Virus record (IMG/VR): IMGVR_UViG_3300022930_000009
Location: 1 to 37,642 of that record
Length of the DNA stretch: 37,642 nt
Source: a virus
Taxonomy: Duplodnaviria > Caudoviricetes
Reading direction: 5' to 3' (one strand)
The translations under genes were made by a program, and so were the position numbers. Below, one piece after another: positions 16,350 through 26,522 of this stretch (position 1 is the first letter of the stretch; every line of letters begins with the position of its first letter). The notes below the pieces were generated by a model. The model was not told where the DNA came from and searched no databases. It saw nothing but the letters and a program-made list of their open reading frames with translations.

Positions 16350-19063
16350 TGGCTTTTGATCCAAACGAGTATTTAGCTCAAAAAGAAGGTATAGCTCCTG
16401 CTCCGGTGGATCAATTAGCGGTTCAACAATTTGATCCAAACTCTTACCTACAGGGTAAGGAGATACAAGCAGCCGACATACTTCAGGCTCAATACGGTAC
16501 AGCGTCAGAGCAGGCGAAAGCCGCTCTTGAAGGGGCTCTGAGAGGGGCATCTCTCGGGGCCTCAGATCAAGCGTTAGTTGCATCGGGTATTTCTGACCCG
16601 AAGTCTTTAAAAGGTCGTAAGGAAGCCAACCCTCTCACTGAATTTGGAGCCAAGCTCTTTGGCGGAGCAGCAGCAATTGGGCTCACGGGTGGATTAGCCG
16701 CGCCGGTTGAGGCAGGTTTAGCAGGCGCTGGATCGACCGCAGCCCGCATTGGCGCATTTGGAGCTGAAGGTGCCGCGTTCGGTTTAGGCGACCTCATTTC
16801 TGAAGAAGCTTTGGGAGACGCTAAATTTAACGCCGATAATGTGATAAGTCATCTGGGCATGGGCTTTGGGGGTGGAGCACTCCTGGGGGGTCTGTCTAAG
16901 GTAATTGGAGTGCTCCCAAGTATGGCTCGGAAACGGGCTCTAAAGAATGTTCCAGAAGGTATGCAGTCGGTAGAAAAAGCGCTCCAAGCCGAAGGACTGG
17001 GCACGAGAAGCTCGCAAGTGGTAGAGGACGCATTAAATCTAGAAAATAAGAACAGAAAGCCTAACTGGAGAGACATTCAAAGAGCGGGCGATGAATTAGG
17101 CATAGATACTCCTATTGGGAGTTTGGCAAACGATCACTATCAGAAGCAGCAATTTACAACTTCGACATCTCCGACGGCTGAAGGCCAGGCAACCCATGCT
17201 ATCTATAAAAATGCTTACGATTCAGCTGCAAAGGTTATTTCAGATACACTTGGAGCAGGAGAGAATTCGCTAGCAGAAGTGGGGCAGAACCTACAGAGCA
17301 GTCTCTCGCAAGCATTTGAAAGAAAGTACGAACCCATTGCTGAGATTTATGGGCAGATCAATAAGCTTGCTCCAGAGATTCCAGTTACTTTAGAGACTAG
17401 AAATGAATTGGGCTCTAGGCTTCAGTCGATTATAAAAAAAGAAGGGTATTATAAAGGCTCTTCTAATCGGGGATTTGTAGAAGGAGCTATGAACGCTCTG
17501 CCTGATTTGGAAAATCTAGACAGCTTAATGAAGTTTAAAAGTGCGATTCAAGAGGCTGGTCGCGACAACTTTGGTCAGAATGGACGCGTTGCAGGCCTGA
17601 TTCGCGATGAAATTGATGAAGTCGAGCAATACGCAATCCAAAGTTTATCAAGACAGTTGAAAGGAACGCCACAAGGAGCAGCAATCGAAGCGTTAACTCC
17701 GCAGCTCGAGCAAGCACGTGCAGCCTATAAAGTATTTAGAGAAGATATAAAAAAGGTTTCTAAACAAGTTTGGGGTGACTCTAAGGTCTACGGCCATGCC
17801 GATTTTTTAAATAAGATTGCCGAAGAGACTCCTGAAAAATTTGCTTCCAAGCTTTTTAATAAGAAAGATTCTAGATCTTTAAAGTGGATGGCTGAAAACT
17901 TTCCAGAAGAAACGAGATTGTTATCCCAGTACCAAAGAGATTTAATCCGTAGAAACGCATCTCGCAGCAAGAATGGATTTAACCCTCTTTTAGCTACGAA
18001 AGAGATCTTGGATGATAAAAATTTCCCAAAAGAGATCAGAAATATTGTCTTTTCTCCAGAAGAAATAAAGACCTTCAAAAATGGAAAACTTTATCTCGAT
18101 AATTTTTTACCTAACTTCAATCCTTCTGGAACTTCGACGATCGAAGGATATAGACGCTTCTATGATTGGGTGAAGCACCCAATAGCGACTCCTATTTCGA
18201 TTGCGTTAGAAAATGCGAGAGACATTGGAGCAAACGCTTATACCAAGTTTAGGACCGGTTTAGGCCACGCTGAACAAGCAGAATTTGCAGGACAAGCGGC
18301 TAAGGCAGGAGCGCTTAATTCTCTTAAGAACACCATTTCTAATTCCGTCAGAAATCTTGACCGTGCAACGGACGCAATCTTTAAGACAACGAGTAGTCCA
18401 GCAGCGCGCGGAGCTGCTCTTTCAGGAATCACAGACTTTGCAGATAAAAATTATCATGAACATGTAGAAAAAATCCAAGAGCTTTCAAGTAATCCAGAAG
18501 CTTTGATGGATTACCTCAGTCAGCAGACTGCAGGAATCAGCCAGGTGGCGCCTCAAATGGGGCAACAGCTCAGCAATACTGCAGTGCAGGCATTGATGTA
18601 CCTCAATGCCCAGATCCCTAAAAAGGGCGGGTCGATGCTTCTCTCTACGAAGTATGAACCCAGTTCCAGTGAAAAGATCAAATTTGAACGTGCCTACCAT
18701 GTGGTAACGCAGCCCATGTCAGTTTTAAAGCAATTGAAAGATGGGACTTTAACCAGAGATTCCATGAAAGCGATGGAAGCAGTCCATCCAGCTCTACTCA
18801 ACCAGATGAGACAGAAGGTCATTGAGAGGTTGAACGCAGAAACAATCAAAAAGTTACCCTATGCAGTACGCTCTTCGCTCACTTTGTTTCTGCGCACCCC
18901 GCTTGATGAAAACCAAACTCCACTTGGCGTTCAACTCAACCAAAACTCTTTTGCCATGCCTCAAGCTGGCAATCAAGGAGCACCGCAACAAGGGAGCCGT
19001 GGAGTCAAGTTCAAGGTCCCTGATACCACGGCAACGAGGACAGCAAGAAAGCCTGGAGAATGA
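16349..19063 (+). CDS. Putative large internal virion/ejection protein 3
   Basis: 904 aa helical; FDPN.YL twice at N-terminus; G/A-rich hydrophobic stretch. Confidence 0.65.
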   Translation: MAFDPNEYLAQKEGIAPAPVDQLAVQQFDPNSYLQGKEIQAADILQAQYGTASEQAKAALEGALRGASLGASDQALVASGISDPKSLKGRKEANPLTEFGAKLFGGAAAIGLTGGLAAPVEAGLAGAGSTAARIGAFGAEGAAFGLGDLISEEALGDAKFNADNVISHLGMGFGGGALLGGLSKVIGVLPSMARKRALKNVPEGMQSVEKALQAEGLGTRSSQVVEDALNLENKNRKPNWRDIQRAGDELGIDTPIGSLANDHYQKQQFTTSTSPTAEGQATHAIYKNAYDSAAKVISDTLGAGENSLAEVGQNLQSSLSQAFERKYEPIAEIYGQINKLAPEIPVTLETRNELGSRLQSIIKKEGYYKGSSNRGFVEGAMNALPDLENLDSLMKFKSAIQEAGRDNFGQNGRVAGLIRDEIDEVEQYAIQSLSRQLKGTPQGAAIEALTPQLEQARAAYKVFREDIKKVSKQVWGDSKVYGHADFLNKIAEETPEKFASKLFNKKDSRSLKWMAENFPEETRLLSQYQRDLIRRNASRSKNGFNPLLATKEILDDKNFPKEIRNIVFSPEEIKTFKNGKLYLDNFLPNFNPSGTSTIEGYRRFYDWVKHPIATPISIALENARDIGANAYTKFRTGLGHAEQAEFAGQAAKAGALNSLKNTISNSVRNLDRATDAIFKTTSSPAARGAALSGITDFADKNYHEHVEKIQELSSNPEALMDYLSQQTAGISQVAPQMGQQLSNTAVQALMYLNAQIPKKGGSMLLSTKYEPSSSEKIKFERAYHVVTQPMSVLKQLKDGTLTRDSMKAMEAVHPALLNQMRQKVIERLNAETIKKLPYAVRSSLTLFLRTPLDENQTPLGVQLNQNSFAMPQAGNQGAPQQGSRGVKFKVPDTTATRTARKPGE

Positions 19064-19434
19064 AAAAGAAGAAAATAGAGCCGCCGCTTACGATTTCAGA
19101 AAAACTGACTCCTAAGCAGATTCAGTACTTCATTGAAAGAGGGTTAAAGCCTACTGGACGGAGAGTGACTTACAAGCACCCAGGTGGAACGGATGAACCC
19201 ATTCATTTGAAAAAGGTCAAGACGATGCATTCCTATAAGCTCGTCTTTAAGCTTCATTCTGTGGGCACTATTGACGTCAGAGCTTCTACGTTTGATAAGG
19301 CCTGTAAAAAGCTCACCCACATGAAATTAAGAGACATTTGGCCTCATGCACGTGTCACTCGCGTCACTTGCATGTCCAATAAGCCCCTCGAAAGAGATGG
19401 GATTGATATTCATGACCTGAAGGATATTGACTGA
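19060..19434 (+). CDS. Basic hypothetical protein
   Basis: 124 aa, K-rich, ATGA coupling. Confidence 0.6.
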   Translation: MKKKKIEPPLTISEKLTPKQIQYFIERGLKPTGRRVTYKHPGGTDEPIHLKKVKTMHSYKLVFKLHSVGTIDVRASTFDKACKKLTHMKLRDIWPHARVTRVTCMSNKPLERDGIDIHDLKDID

Positions 19435-19501
19435 GGAATTATTCCCCGTAGACTAGATGTAACTATCGGCCAATCCAGCCGTTAACCGTCCGGGGGGACA
19501 T

Positions 19502-19870
19502 ATGGGCAATAAGAAGACGAATAAGTACTACCTCATCAAGAACGGGGTCATGACAGGCACAACAACCGTCACCTCTTCCCCTCAAAACGTAGAAAACTTC
19601 GACAATGTGGGCTTGGAAATTGTCTGGACGGGCACTCCGACAGGCACAATCACCATTCAGGGCTCAATTTCTCAATCCATTCCTGGAGCAGTCGCAGTCA
19701 GTTACACAGATTTAACCTTTGCACCCTTGCTTGATCAACCGGCAGGATCTGCTGGTCGGTACTTAGTCAATGTCGCAACTTACGCCATGCCGTTTATTAG
19801 AGTCAATTACGTCAATACTTCAGGCTCAGGCACTCTAAACGTTTATTTATATTCAAAGGATGTGAACTAA
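19502..19870 (+). CDS. Small beta-sandwich virion protein, paralog of 24432-24767
   Basis: GGGGGG SD; TG..TGTI..Q.S and RV.Y/F pattern shared with paralog. Confidence 0.65.
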   Translation: MGNKKTNKYYLIKNGVMTGTTTVTSSPQNVENFDNVGLEIVWTGTPTGTITIQGSISQSIPGAVAVSYTDLTFAPLLDQPAGSAGRYLVNVATYAMPFIRVNYVNTSGSGTLNVYLYSKDVN

Positions 19871-20865
19871 TGTCTAGTTTTGCATGGCCAAGTAATGCGA
19901 CCAACACTCTCGCTCCTGGAGCAGCAACATCCGCTAATCAAGTCATTGGAAATAACTACTTAGCTTCGATCGACGGGAAAACTCCCGCTCTAGGTCAGGC
20001 GTTAGACACAGGCTCAGTTCCTGTCGTTCTGACTGCAGCGCAACTTGCTAGCTTAACTGCGCTTCCAGCAGGTTCAGCGACTTCTGCAAATCAGGTTTTA
20101 GAAATTGCGCAGTTAACGGCAATCAATTCCAATACGACGGGAGTAGCCACAGCCGCCAATCAGACGACGGGTAACACCTCATTAGCGACCATTGCCACAA
20201 ATACGACGGGAGTAGCTACTGCGGCTAATCAAACGACTGCAAATAGTTCTCTAGCAACCATCGCTACGAATACCACAGGAGTGGCAACGGCGGCTAATCA
20301 GGTAACGGGTAACACGTCACTTGGGACCATTGCGACGAATACGACGGGTGTTTCCACAGCAGCTAATCAAGTCCTTCAGACTACTCAACTCACAACCATT
20401 GCAAACAGCTCTGGCAGTCCTACGGGCGGCACTGCAGGCACTGCAAGCAACTTGGTAGGTGCAAAGTACAATACTACTCTGCCAACGCTCACAAACGGCC
20501 AGCAAACCTCTTTGCAGGTGGATGCTTCTGGACGACTTTTGACTCTCGGCTCAGGTTCTGTAGGAACTGTCATTGCTAATGCTCCGATCAGAAATGATTA
20601 CGGAACGACTCCGGTTACAACTGCTGCTTATGTCCAGTTAGTTGCAAGCACCTCAAATACGATTAACAAAATTCACGTCTTTGACTCTTCCGGACAAGCC
20701 ATGATTTTTGCCATTGGGGCGGCAGCTTCAGAGGTTGACTCACTGTATGTCCCTCCGGGCGGAGATACGTACAGCTTACGAATTCCAGCAGGAAGCAGGA
20801 TTTCTTACAAGGCACTTACAGCTAACGCGACGAGCGGTTACGTCGTAATGTCATTCTTACAGTAG
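19870..20865 (+). CDS. Fibre-like protein with 23-aa tandem repeats
   Basis: NTTGVATAANQTTGNTSLATIAT repeats, then a beta-rich C-terminal domain. Confidence 0.7.
   Translation: MSSFAWPSNATNTLAPGAATSANQVIGNNYLASIDGKTPALGQALDTGSVPVVLTAAQLASLTALPAGSATSANQVLEIAQLTAINSNTTGVATAANQTTGNTSLATIATNTTGVATAANQTTANSSLATIATNTTGVATAANQVTGNTSLGTIATNTTGVSTAANQVLQTTQLTTIANSSGSPTGGTAGTASNLVGAKYNTTLPTLTNGQQTSLQVDASGRLLTLGSGSVGTVIANAPIRNDYGTTPVTTAAYVQLVASTSNTINKIHVFDSSGQAMIFAIGAAASEVDSLYVPPGGDTYSLRIPAGSRISYKALTANATSGYVVMSFLQ
20131..20403 (+). repeat. 69-bp period coding tandem repeat, about 4 copies
   Basis: Units start at 20131, 20200, 20269, 20338; mostly synonymous divergence. Confidence 0.9.
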
Positions 20866-20877
20866 GGGAATAGAATA

Positions 20878-23448
20878 ATGAGCTCACCGATTCTTTGGGG
20901 CCCTAATAATACATCGATCAGTCTACAGAACTCTGTAGCGGTCAATAACCTGCTCGATGGATTTTCAACAACTCCAACTGCCGCGGGTACCACCGTTCTC
21001 ACAGCGCTCAGCGCTCAGCTTCAGTATTTCACTGGGACAACGACGCAGACCATTACCCTTCCTGCTCCTGGAACGACGGTTCCGGTAGGAAGAACATTTA
21101 TCATTGTTAATCGATCGACTGGAAATCTGACGGTCAATTCATCGGGTGGAAACTTAGTTCAGACCCTAATTCCCAATACTCAAGCGACGATCACTTGTAT
21201 TTTAGCATCGGGAACTACAGCAGTTTCTTGGAATACAACCTATGCTCTGACTAATTCAACTTCTGCAAGTTCGATTAGTCTTCCTATAGTCGATGCGCCC
21301 GTAGCCTACACTCCAACGTTTACCAGTTTTGGAACGGTCTCCAATGTGAATTTTGTATCCTGGAGAGTAGGAGCTAACCTCTACATTCAAGGTACGTTCA
21401 CGATCGGTGCGTCTCCGACAGCTGTCGAATCTCAAATCACCTTGGGTTACAACGGAGCAAGTGGTGGAGTATCAACTCCTGCTACTCTCCCTACGCTGAG
21501 CATTTGTGGAAAGCATAACGGCAATGTCAACACGACCACGACCTTTGGCGCCGGCACCATTCTTATGGAAGCGTCCAAAAATTACCTAACCTTTGGACTT
21601 GAGGCTTCGACTTCAAACGGAATGGTTAAAGTCCTCGGATCAAATGCATTTAGCCCAAGCGCTACCATTTCTCTTTTTGCCATTGTCCCCATCTCTGGAT
21701 GGCTTGCGACAACGACTGTCACGCTTCCTTCAGGAGTCCAGATCTCAAGTGGCCAAATCAATGTTCCAAATGTTACAGATTGGACAACGTATTCATTGAC
21801 CATTGGAGCAACTACGACTGCTCCTACCCTAGGCACCAACACTTCTTCTGCGCAGTGGCGCCGAGTGGGCGATTCAATGGAAATCGTCTACTCCTATGCT
21901 CAAACTGCAACAGGATCAGCTAATAGCGGAAGTGGAAGTTATTTATTCCCGATTCCAGTTGGATATACAATTGATACGACAAAAATCACAGCATCTACGG
22001 GTGGTTTTCAGGGAACCGTAGGAACAGCGACGGGAGCTTGGGCATCGGGTGGTTCAACTTACACCATTCATGGTGACATGGTGGTTTATAACACGACCAA
22101 TTTAGCCATTCAGTTAGAAGCTCAGTTCAATGGATCTAACGGCACCATTAACAATGCGAATGGATTTTTACAGTCAGGGTCTCTATTTATAGTCACTGCC
22201 GCGAATACGAATGGAAGTTTAACCTTTACTGCCCGTGTACCCATCGTGGGATGGACAGCAAATTCTCAAGTCAATGTCCTAGGAAATCTAGGAGCTGCAC
22301 CTGTAAATCCGAGCGTTCAAAAGTTCCTATCAGGATCGGGCGTCTACACGACACCACAAGGTGCTCAATTTTTAAGGGTCCGCATGTGCGGGGCTGGTGG
22401 AGGCGGAGGAGGTGGAGGTTCAAGTGCTGGTGCAGGCGGTACTGGTGGGAACACGACCTTCGGTTCTTCTTTATTAGTTGCTAACGGAGGGCAGGGTGGT
22501 GTCGCCAATGGTGCTGGAGCAACTACAGGAGGCACTGCTTCTTTGGGATCAGGGCCTATTGGTACGGCTGTGTCTGGAGGCAGTGGCACATTAGGTACAG
22601 GCGGTCCAAACTCTGGAACTGTTTCAGGAGGAGCCGGCGGTAATTCTGCATTAGGAGGCGGTGCAGGCGGTAGCTTATCTGCTGGAGCAGCAGGAGCTGC
22701 AAATACGGGTGGAGGCGGTGCAGGCGGTTATGTAACTACCACATCCGTTACCTCAGGCGGGGGTGGATCGGCCGGCGGTTATATTGATTGTATTATTAAT
22801 TCCCCTGGTTCTACTTACAGCTACTCGGTCGGTACGGCAGGTACCGCGGGCACAGCAGGTACCTCTGGATATGCTGGGGGAGCAGGGGGTAGCGGATATA
22901 TTGAGGTAACCGAATTTTTTGCCAACACTACAATCAATTCAAATACTTCAGTCGCTGCAAATACTATTTTTGGCGGCCCACCCACTGGCGTAGGTGCAAC
23001 TCCGACATTTAGAAGTTTGGTCAACGCAGATCTTCCTTCGGTAGTGTGTGCAAGGTATACAAACACATCGACTGCCACTGTTCCAACGTCAAGCACGACG
23101 TTTAATTTCGCAACAGTTGATTATGACCCGTTTTCCGCAGTTACCACAGGTGCTGGATGGGTGTTTACCGTACCGGCCGGACAAGCTGGTAAATACGAAG
23201 TAAACGCTTACACATCGGTTGGAGCGAGTGTGTTGACGGACTATAGAATCGAAATCTATAAGAACGGTGTTTCTTTTACGAGCAAAAGAGAGAGTCAACA
23301 GATCGCTGCGAGCGTTGCAATGTCTCTTGATATTACAGACACAGTTAACTGCGTAGCTGGGGATACTCTAGCGGTCCGTTTTTGGGTAGGAGGACAGGTA
23401 GCTTCTTTCGTCTCTCCTCAGGCAATCACAATCACCAGGGTAGGGTAA
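20878..23448 (+). CDS. Tail fibre / receptor-binding protein
   Basis: 856 aa T/G/S-rich; duplicated WR(R)VG...VPI.GW module; glycine-rich domain; C1q-like C-terminus. Confidence 0.8.
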   Translation: MSSPILWGPNNTSISLQNSVAVNNLLDGFSTTPTAAGTTVLTALSAQLQYFTGTTTQTITLPAPGTTVPVGRTFIIVNRSTGNLTVNSSGGNLVQTLIPNTQATITCILASGTTAVSWNTTYALTNSTSASSISLPIVDAPVAYTPTFTSFGTVSNVNFVSWRVGANLYIQGTFTIGASPTAVESQITLGYNGASGGVSTPATLPTLSICGKHNGNVNTTTTFGAGTILMEASKNYLTFGLEASTSNGMVKVLGSNAFSPSATISLFAIVPISGWLATTTVTLPSGVQISSGQINVPNVTDWTTYSLTIGATTTAPTLGTNTSSAQWRRVGDSMEIVYSYAQTATGSANSGSGSYLFPIPVGYTIDTTKITASTGGFQGTVGTATGAWASGGSTYTIHGDMVVYNTTNLAIQLEAQFNGSNGTINNANGFLQSGSLFIVTAANTNGSLTFTARVPIVGWTANSQVNVLGNLGAAPVNPSVQKFLSGSGVYTTPQGAQFLRVRMCGAGGGGGGGGSSAGAGGTGGNTTFGSSLLVANGGQGGVANGAGATTGGTASLGSGPIGTAVSGGSGTLGTGGPNSGTVSGGAGGNSALGGGAGGSLSAGAAGAANTGGGGAGGYVTTTSVTSGGGGSAGGYIDCIINSPGSTYSYSVGTAGTAGTAGTSGYAGGAGGSGYIEVTEFFANTTINSNTSVAANTIFGGPPTGVGATPTFRSLVNADLPSVVCARYTNTSTATVPTSSTTFNFATVDYDPFSAVTTGAGWVFTVPAGQAGKYEVNAYTSVGASVLTDYRIEIYKNGVSFTSKRESQQIAASVAMSLDITDTVNCVAGDTLAVRFWVGGQVASFVSPQAITITRVG

Positions 23449-23451
23449 TTC

Positions 23452-24267
23452 ATGTATCAACTGATCATTTACAGAAGCGACGGCAGCCTATACTGGATTC
23501 AAAATTTTGGGACCAATGCTGATGCGCTTGCTTTTGTAACAGCACAAATTGCTCTTCCCTCTTGGGACCCAACGTTTCGTTATACGATCAAGCTCACTCC
23601 TGTGCAGATCAACACTTTATTGTCTTCTAAAGCTCCTTTGTTCGTTACCTACACTTCGGGAACCAATAACTACCTGGTACCCGACAATACACTTTATATT
23701 CGTACGCGATTAATTGCCGGAGGGGGCGGTGGCTCAGGAGGCGGTCTTGCCAGTGGCGCCGGAGGAACGGGCGGCAGTACCAGTTTTGGTAGCATGTTGA
23801 CGGTAACAGGCGGTGTCGGTGGGACAGCAGGGGGCGGAGCAACCGGTGGTCTTGGAGGATTTGGAACCATTGGAGCAGGAGCAAACGGTCTTGTTATTCG
23901 AGGAACCTCGGGACAAGCAGGACAAACTGTCATTGCTGGAGTTGGCGTTGGAGGGAGCATGGGCGGCAATTCTCCTTACGGGAGTGCTGGCGCTCGGAGC
24001 GCCTCAGGCGTCGCAGGAGAATCTGCGGGAACAAATAGCGGCAGTGGCGGCCAAGGTGGCACAGGGACGGTGATTGGCGTTAATCCAGGAGCTGGTGGAG
24101 GCTCAGGGGGCTTCATGAATGCAACCATTTCAGGGCCGTTTCCTTCAGGAACCACTTTTTCAGTCGTGATTGGTGCTGGAGGAATAGCCGGAACTGCAGG
24201 GACGCTAGGGACTGCAGGCGGAGCGGGCGGTAGTGGTGCCGCATATCTAGAGGCCTATTTTCAGTGA
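23452..24267 (+). CDS. Glycine-rich fibre-associated protein
   Basis: AGGGGGSGG...GGTGGSTSFGS...GAGGSG domain paralogous to the one in 20878-23448. Confidence 0.75.
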   Translation: MYQLIIYRSDGSLYWIQNFGTNADALAFVTAQIALPSWDPTFRYTIKLTPVQINTLLSSKAPLFVTYTSGTNNYLVPDNTLYIRTRLIAGGGGGSGGGLASGAGGTGGSTSFGSMLTVTGGVGGTAGGGATGGLGGFGTIGAGANGLVIRGTSGQAGQTVIAGVGVGGSMGGNSPYGSAGARSASGVAGESAGTNSGSGGQGGTGTVIGVNPGAGGGSGGFMNATISGPFPSGTTFSVVIGAGGIAGTAGTLGTAGGAGGSGAAYLEAYFQ

Positions 24268-24280
24268 AAAAGGACATATT

Positions 24281-24421
24281 ATGAAATTTGGAATAGCGCT
24301 GTTACTCTTATCCATGTCAGCTTGTGCTCATAAACAAACGAAAGCCATTTGCTACCCAAGTCTTGAAGACAAGAACGCGGTTCACTGCTTTTGTGAAGAC
24401 ACCTTTTGTGTAGAAGAATAG
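24281..24421 (+). CDS. 46 aa lipoprotein (not in ORF track)
   Basis: AAGGA SD; MKFGIALLLLSMSA-C lipobox-type signal; four further Cys. Confidence 0.7.
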   Translation: MKFGIALLLLSMSACAHKQTKAICYPSLEDKNAVHCFCEDTFCVEE

Positions 24422-24431
24422 GGGAAAACCA

Positions 24432-24767
24432 ATGCTTGTAGGTACTTCAGTCATCATCAATGGGGCAAGTGCGGCAGTCAATCAGAACTCAGTCGTTTTG
24501 GACACATCCCACGTCCTTTCACTCTCAATCCACACGACGACGACTGGAACGAGTACCGGGACGATTAGTGTCCAAGCAAGCAATGACGTGGATAAACCGG
24601 TCGTGAATTGGTCTCCTGTTCCAACCTTCACCTCAAGTGTCACTGCCGCCGGAAGTTACCTCATTCCCAAGTTTGACGTATGCTACGCTTGGATGAGAAT
24701 CGTGTTCACTGCAACGAACGCTGCAGCAGGCACTGTAACGGTTAAGATTAAAACCATTGGTCAATAG
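24432..24767 (+). CDS. Small beta-sandwich virion protein, paralog of 19502-19870
   Basis: GGGG SD; shared pattern. Confidence 0.65.
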   Translation: MLVGTSVIINGASAAVNQNSVVLDTSHVLSLSIHTTTTGTSTGTISVQASNDVDKPVVNWSPVPTFTSSVTAAGSYLIPKFDVCYAWMRIVFTATNAAAGTVTVKIKTIGQ

Positions 24768-24779
24768 AAAGGGCTAAGT

Positions 24780-25325
24780 ATGAGTAAAGTATCCGCTGCA
24801 GTGTCAGCACACATGAAGGGTCTCATGAGTAACCACGGCTACAATCCAAAAAGGGCTGTTGCTTCAGCCTTGGCAAGTGTCGCTCGTGATAAGAAAAAAG
24901 CTGGCATCCCAAAAGAAGAGCCCTTTCACGGTGAGCAGTTTGGTCAGGAAAAGTATGAGGGTGAAGACGCAGTCACCAAATACCATAATCGTGTCCCTTC
25001 CTACACACAGGGAACACGTCATGAGCCTTTAGCTAAGATGGACACAGATCCTCAGGACTACGTCCGTGGACCTGCTGAGCAGCAAGAGATGGCAGCTTCC
25101 TACCCAAATGAAGTGGCTAACCCTATGCAGCAAGCAAAGCATCAGGCTTTTGCAGATCTTTTACGCATGAAGGCCATGAAAACGATGAACCCTGAATCTT
25201 ACGCAGTAGGACACACCACTGACGTGCTTCCCAAGGCTCCAGAAGAGATGCTTGAGCTTGATGACCATGCAATGAAAGTCATTGCTGAGAAAAAACGTAA
25301 AAGAGTTTTCAAAGAATCGCTTTAG
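24780..25325 (+). CDS. Hypothetical protein
   Basis: 181 aa; N-terminal GYNPKRAVASALA motif; basic C-terminus. Confidence 0.65.
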   Translation: MSKVSAAVSAHMKGLMSNHGYNPKRAVASALASVARDKKKAGIPKEEPFHGEQFGQEKYEGEDAVTKYHNRVPSYTQGTRHEPLAKMDTDPQDYVRGPAEQQEMAASYPNEVANPMQQAKHQAFADLLRMKAMKTMNPESYAVGHTTDVLPKAPEEMLELDDHAMKVIAEKKRKRVFKESL

Positions 25326-25355
25326 GAATAAACTGAAATAAAAGGAAATATTAAA

Positions 25356-25622
25356 ATGGCAACTTTAGGATCAATCATTTCGTTCTTAGCTAACAACCTT
25401 CCTGCAATCTTGAAAGGCTTAATCGCAATCGTAGGCGGCTTGCTTGCTGTAGCAGTGCTTGTTCCTGGTGATCAACCAGACTCTGCATTGAAAGCCATTC
25501 TTGCTTTCATTCAGAAGTTCTCAGGTGACGCTCCAGACGTTGCTCAGAAAGCTGCTGACGTATCTGCTCAGTCTGCTCCAGATGTGCAGGGACAAGCTTT
25601 CCCGTCCCCTGCAGCTAGCTAA
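25356..25622 (+). CDS. Small membrane protein, holin candidate
   Basis: AAGGA SD; hydrophobic AILKGLIAIVGGLLAVAVLVPG; last gene of the late block. Confidence 0.55.
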   Translation: MATLGSIISFLANNLPAILKGLIAIVGGLLAVAVLVPGDQPDSALKAILAFIQKFSGDAPDVAQKAADVSAQSAPDVQGQAFPSPAAS

Positions 25623-25993
25623 TCATTAGCTTCAGCGATACGTTCTATTTTTTTTGAATAGACTTCGTGAGTGAGCATAGCCTCTTCATAGGTGAAGGAA
25701 TCTTTCATCTGAAAAGTGTAAGGCTCTTCTACGTGCATGACCGTCACGAATTTCCCCTTTTTCAGAAGACCCGTTATTTCAAAAATAGATCCTCCCCCAA
25801 AATAGGTAATGACCGTTCCATTCTCATTTGATGTTTTAGCAATCACTGGATCGTGAGTCGTAATCCAGGACATAAACTCCTCACCTGAGCATTCTACAGG
25901 AACCATCTTGTCACTCAGAATGTAAAAAGTGAGGGGACGTTCAGTTTCAAGCTTTTGCATATTTCCATCTTGATCTTTTACTTCAATTTCCAT
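25619..25993 (-). CDS. Hypothetical protein
   Basis: 124 aa, end of the minus-strand block. Confidence 0.65.
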   Translation of the reverse strand: MEIEVKDQDGNMQKLETERPLTFYILSDKMVPVECSGEEFMSWITTHDPVIAKTSNENGTVITYFGGGSIFEITGLLKKGKFVTVMHVEEPYTFQMKDSFTYEEAMLTHEVYSKKIERIAEAND

Positions 25994-25995
25994 GC

Positions 25996-26181
25996 TCAGT
26001 CCGTATCACAGTACTTCTTATAATACTCATAACAATGTGAGCAAATGAGCACTGCCTCATCAATGGTGTTCTCATGATAATTAGTCGCAAACTCTTCTTC
26101 TGCGTCCTTAATATTGTGATCAGAATAGAAATAAACTTCGTTACAGCCTGAACAGGTGTAGGACTTAATTTCGTGTGGCAT
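25996..26181 (-). CDS. Small zinc-finger protein
   Basis: CSGC...CSHC. Confidence 0.65.
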   Translation of the reverse strand: MPHEIKSYTCSGCNEVYFYSDHNIKDAEEEFATNYHENTIDEAVLICSHCYEYYKKYCDTD

Positions 26182-26371
26182 CTTTATATTTCTTCCAGAT
26201 GGCTACCATTCGTTCACGACCGTAGATTTCTTTTAAGGCTTTGAACTCAGCAGAATCAGTCTCTCCTTTTTTGATCAGAGAAATGACGTAATCTTCTAAA
26301 GTCCAAGCACTCTTCCAGTCGTCTTCTTTAGTGGAGGGCACCGAGGTGCAAGCCCCTGAGCATGAACCCAA
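26165..26371 (-). CDS. Hypothetical protein, start uncertain
   Basis: Fills the gap in the minus operon; 5' part overlaps the upstream membrane ORF. Confidence 0.5.
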   Translation of the reverse strand: MGSCSGACTSVPSTKEDDWKSAWTLEDYVISLIKKGETDSAEFKALKEIYGRERMVAIWKKYKDATRN

Positions 26372-26498
26372 TCATGGCAATGGCAACGATGGCAATAATC
26401 ACTTTTTGCAGCACATCAGGCATAGGAACGTAGGTGATGAGAAGCCATACGCAGAAACCCAAAATCGCAAGTGTAAGAACCAAGCTTATAATATCCAT
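26328..26498 (-). CDS. 56 aa two-helix membrane protein, Thivi_2564-like (not in ORF track)
   Basis: GGGGG SD; MDIISLVLTLAILGFCVWLLITYVPMPDVLQKVIIAIVAIAMIGFMLRGL; family recalled from the WL..Y.PM pattern. Confidence 0.7.
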   Translation of the reverse strand: MDIISLVLTLAILGFCVWLLITYVPMPDVLQKVIIAIVAIAMIGFMLRGLHLGALH

Positions 26499-26522
26499 GA
26501 GATCCCCCTGTCCCTGATAGTA

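Noticed and set aside
20131-20403. CRISPR array
   Set aside because: In-frame coding repeats with synonymous variation, no unique spacers, no cas genes
20878-24267. Diversity-generating retroelement acting on fibres
   Set aside because: No reverse transcriptase, and no near-identical repeat pair with adenine-specific differences seen
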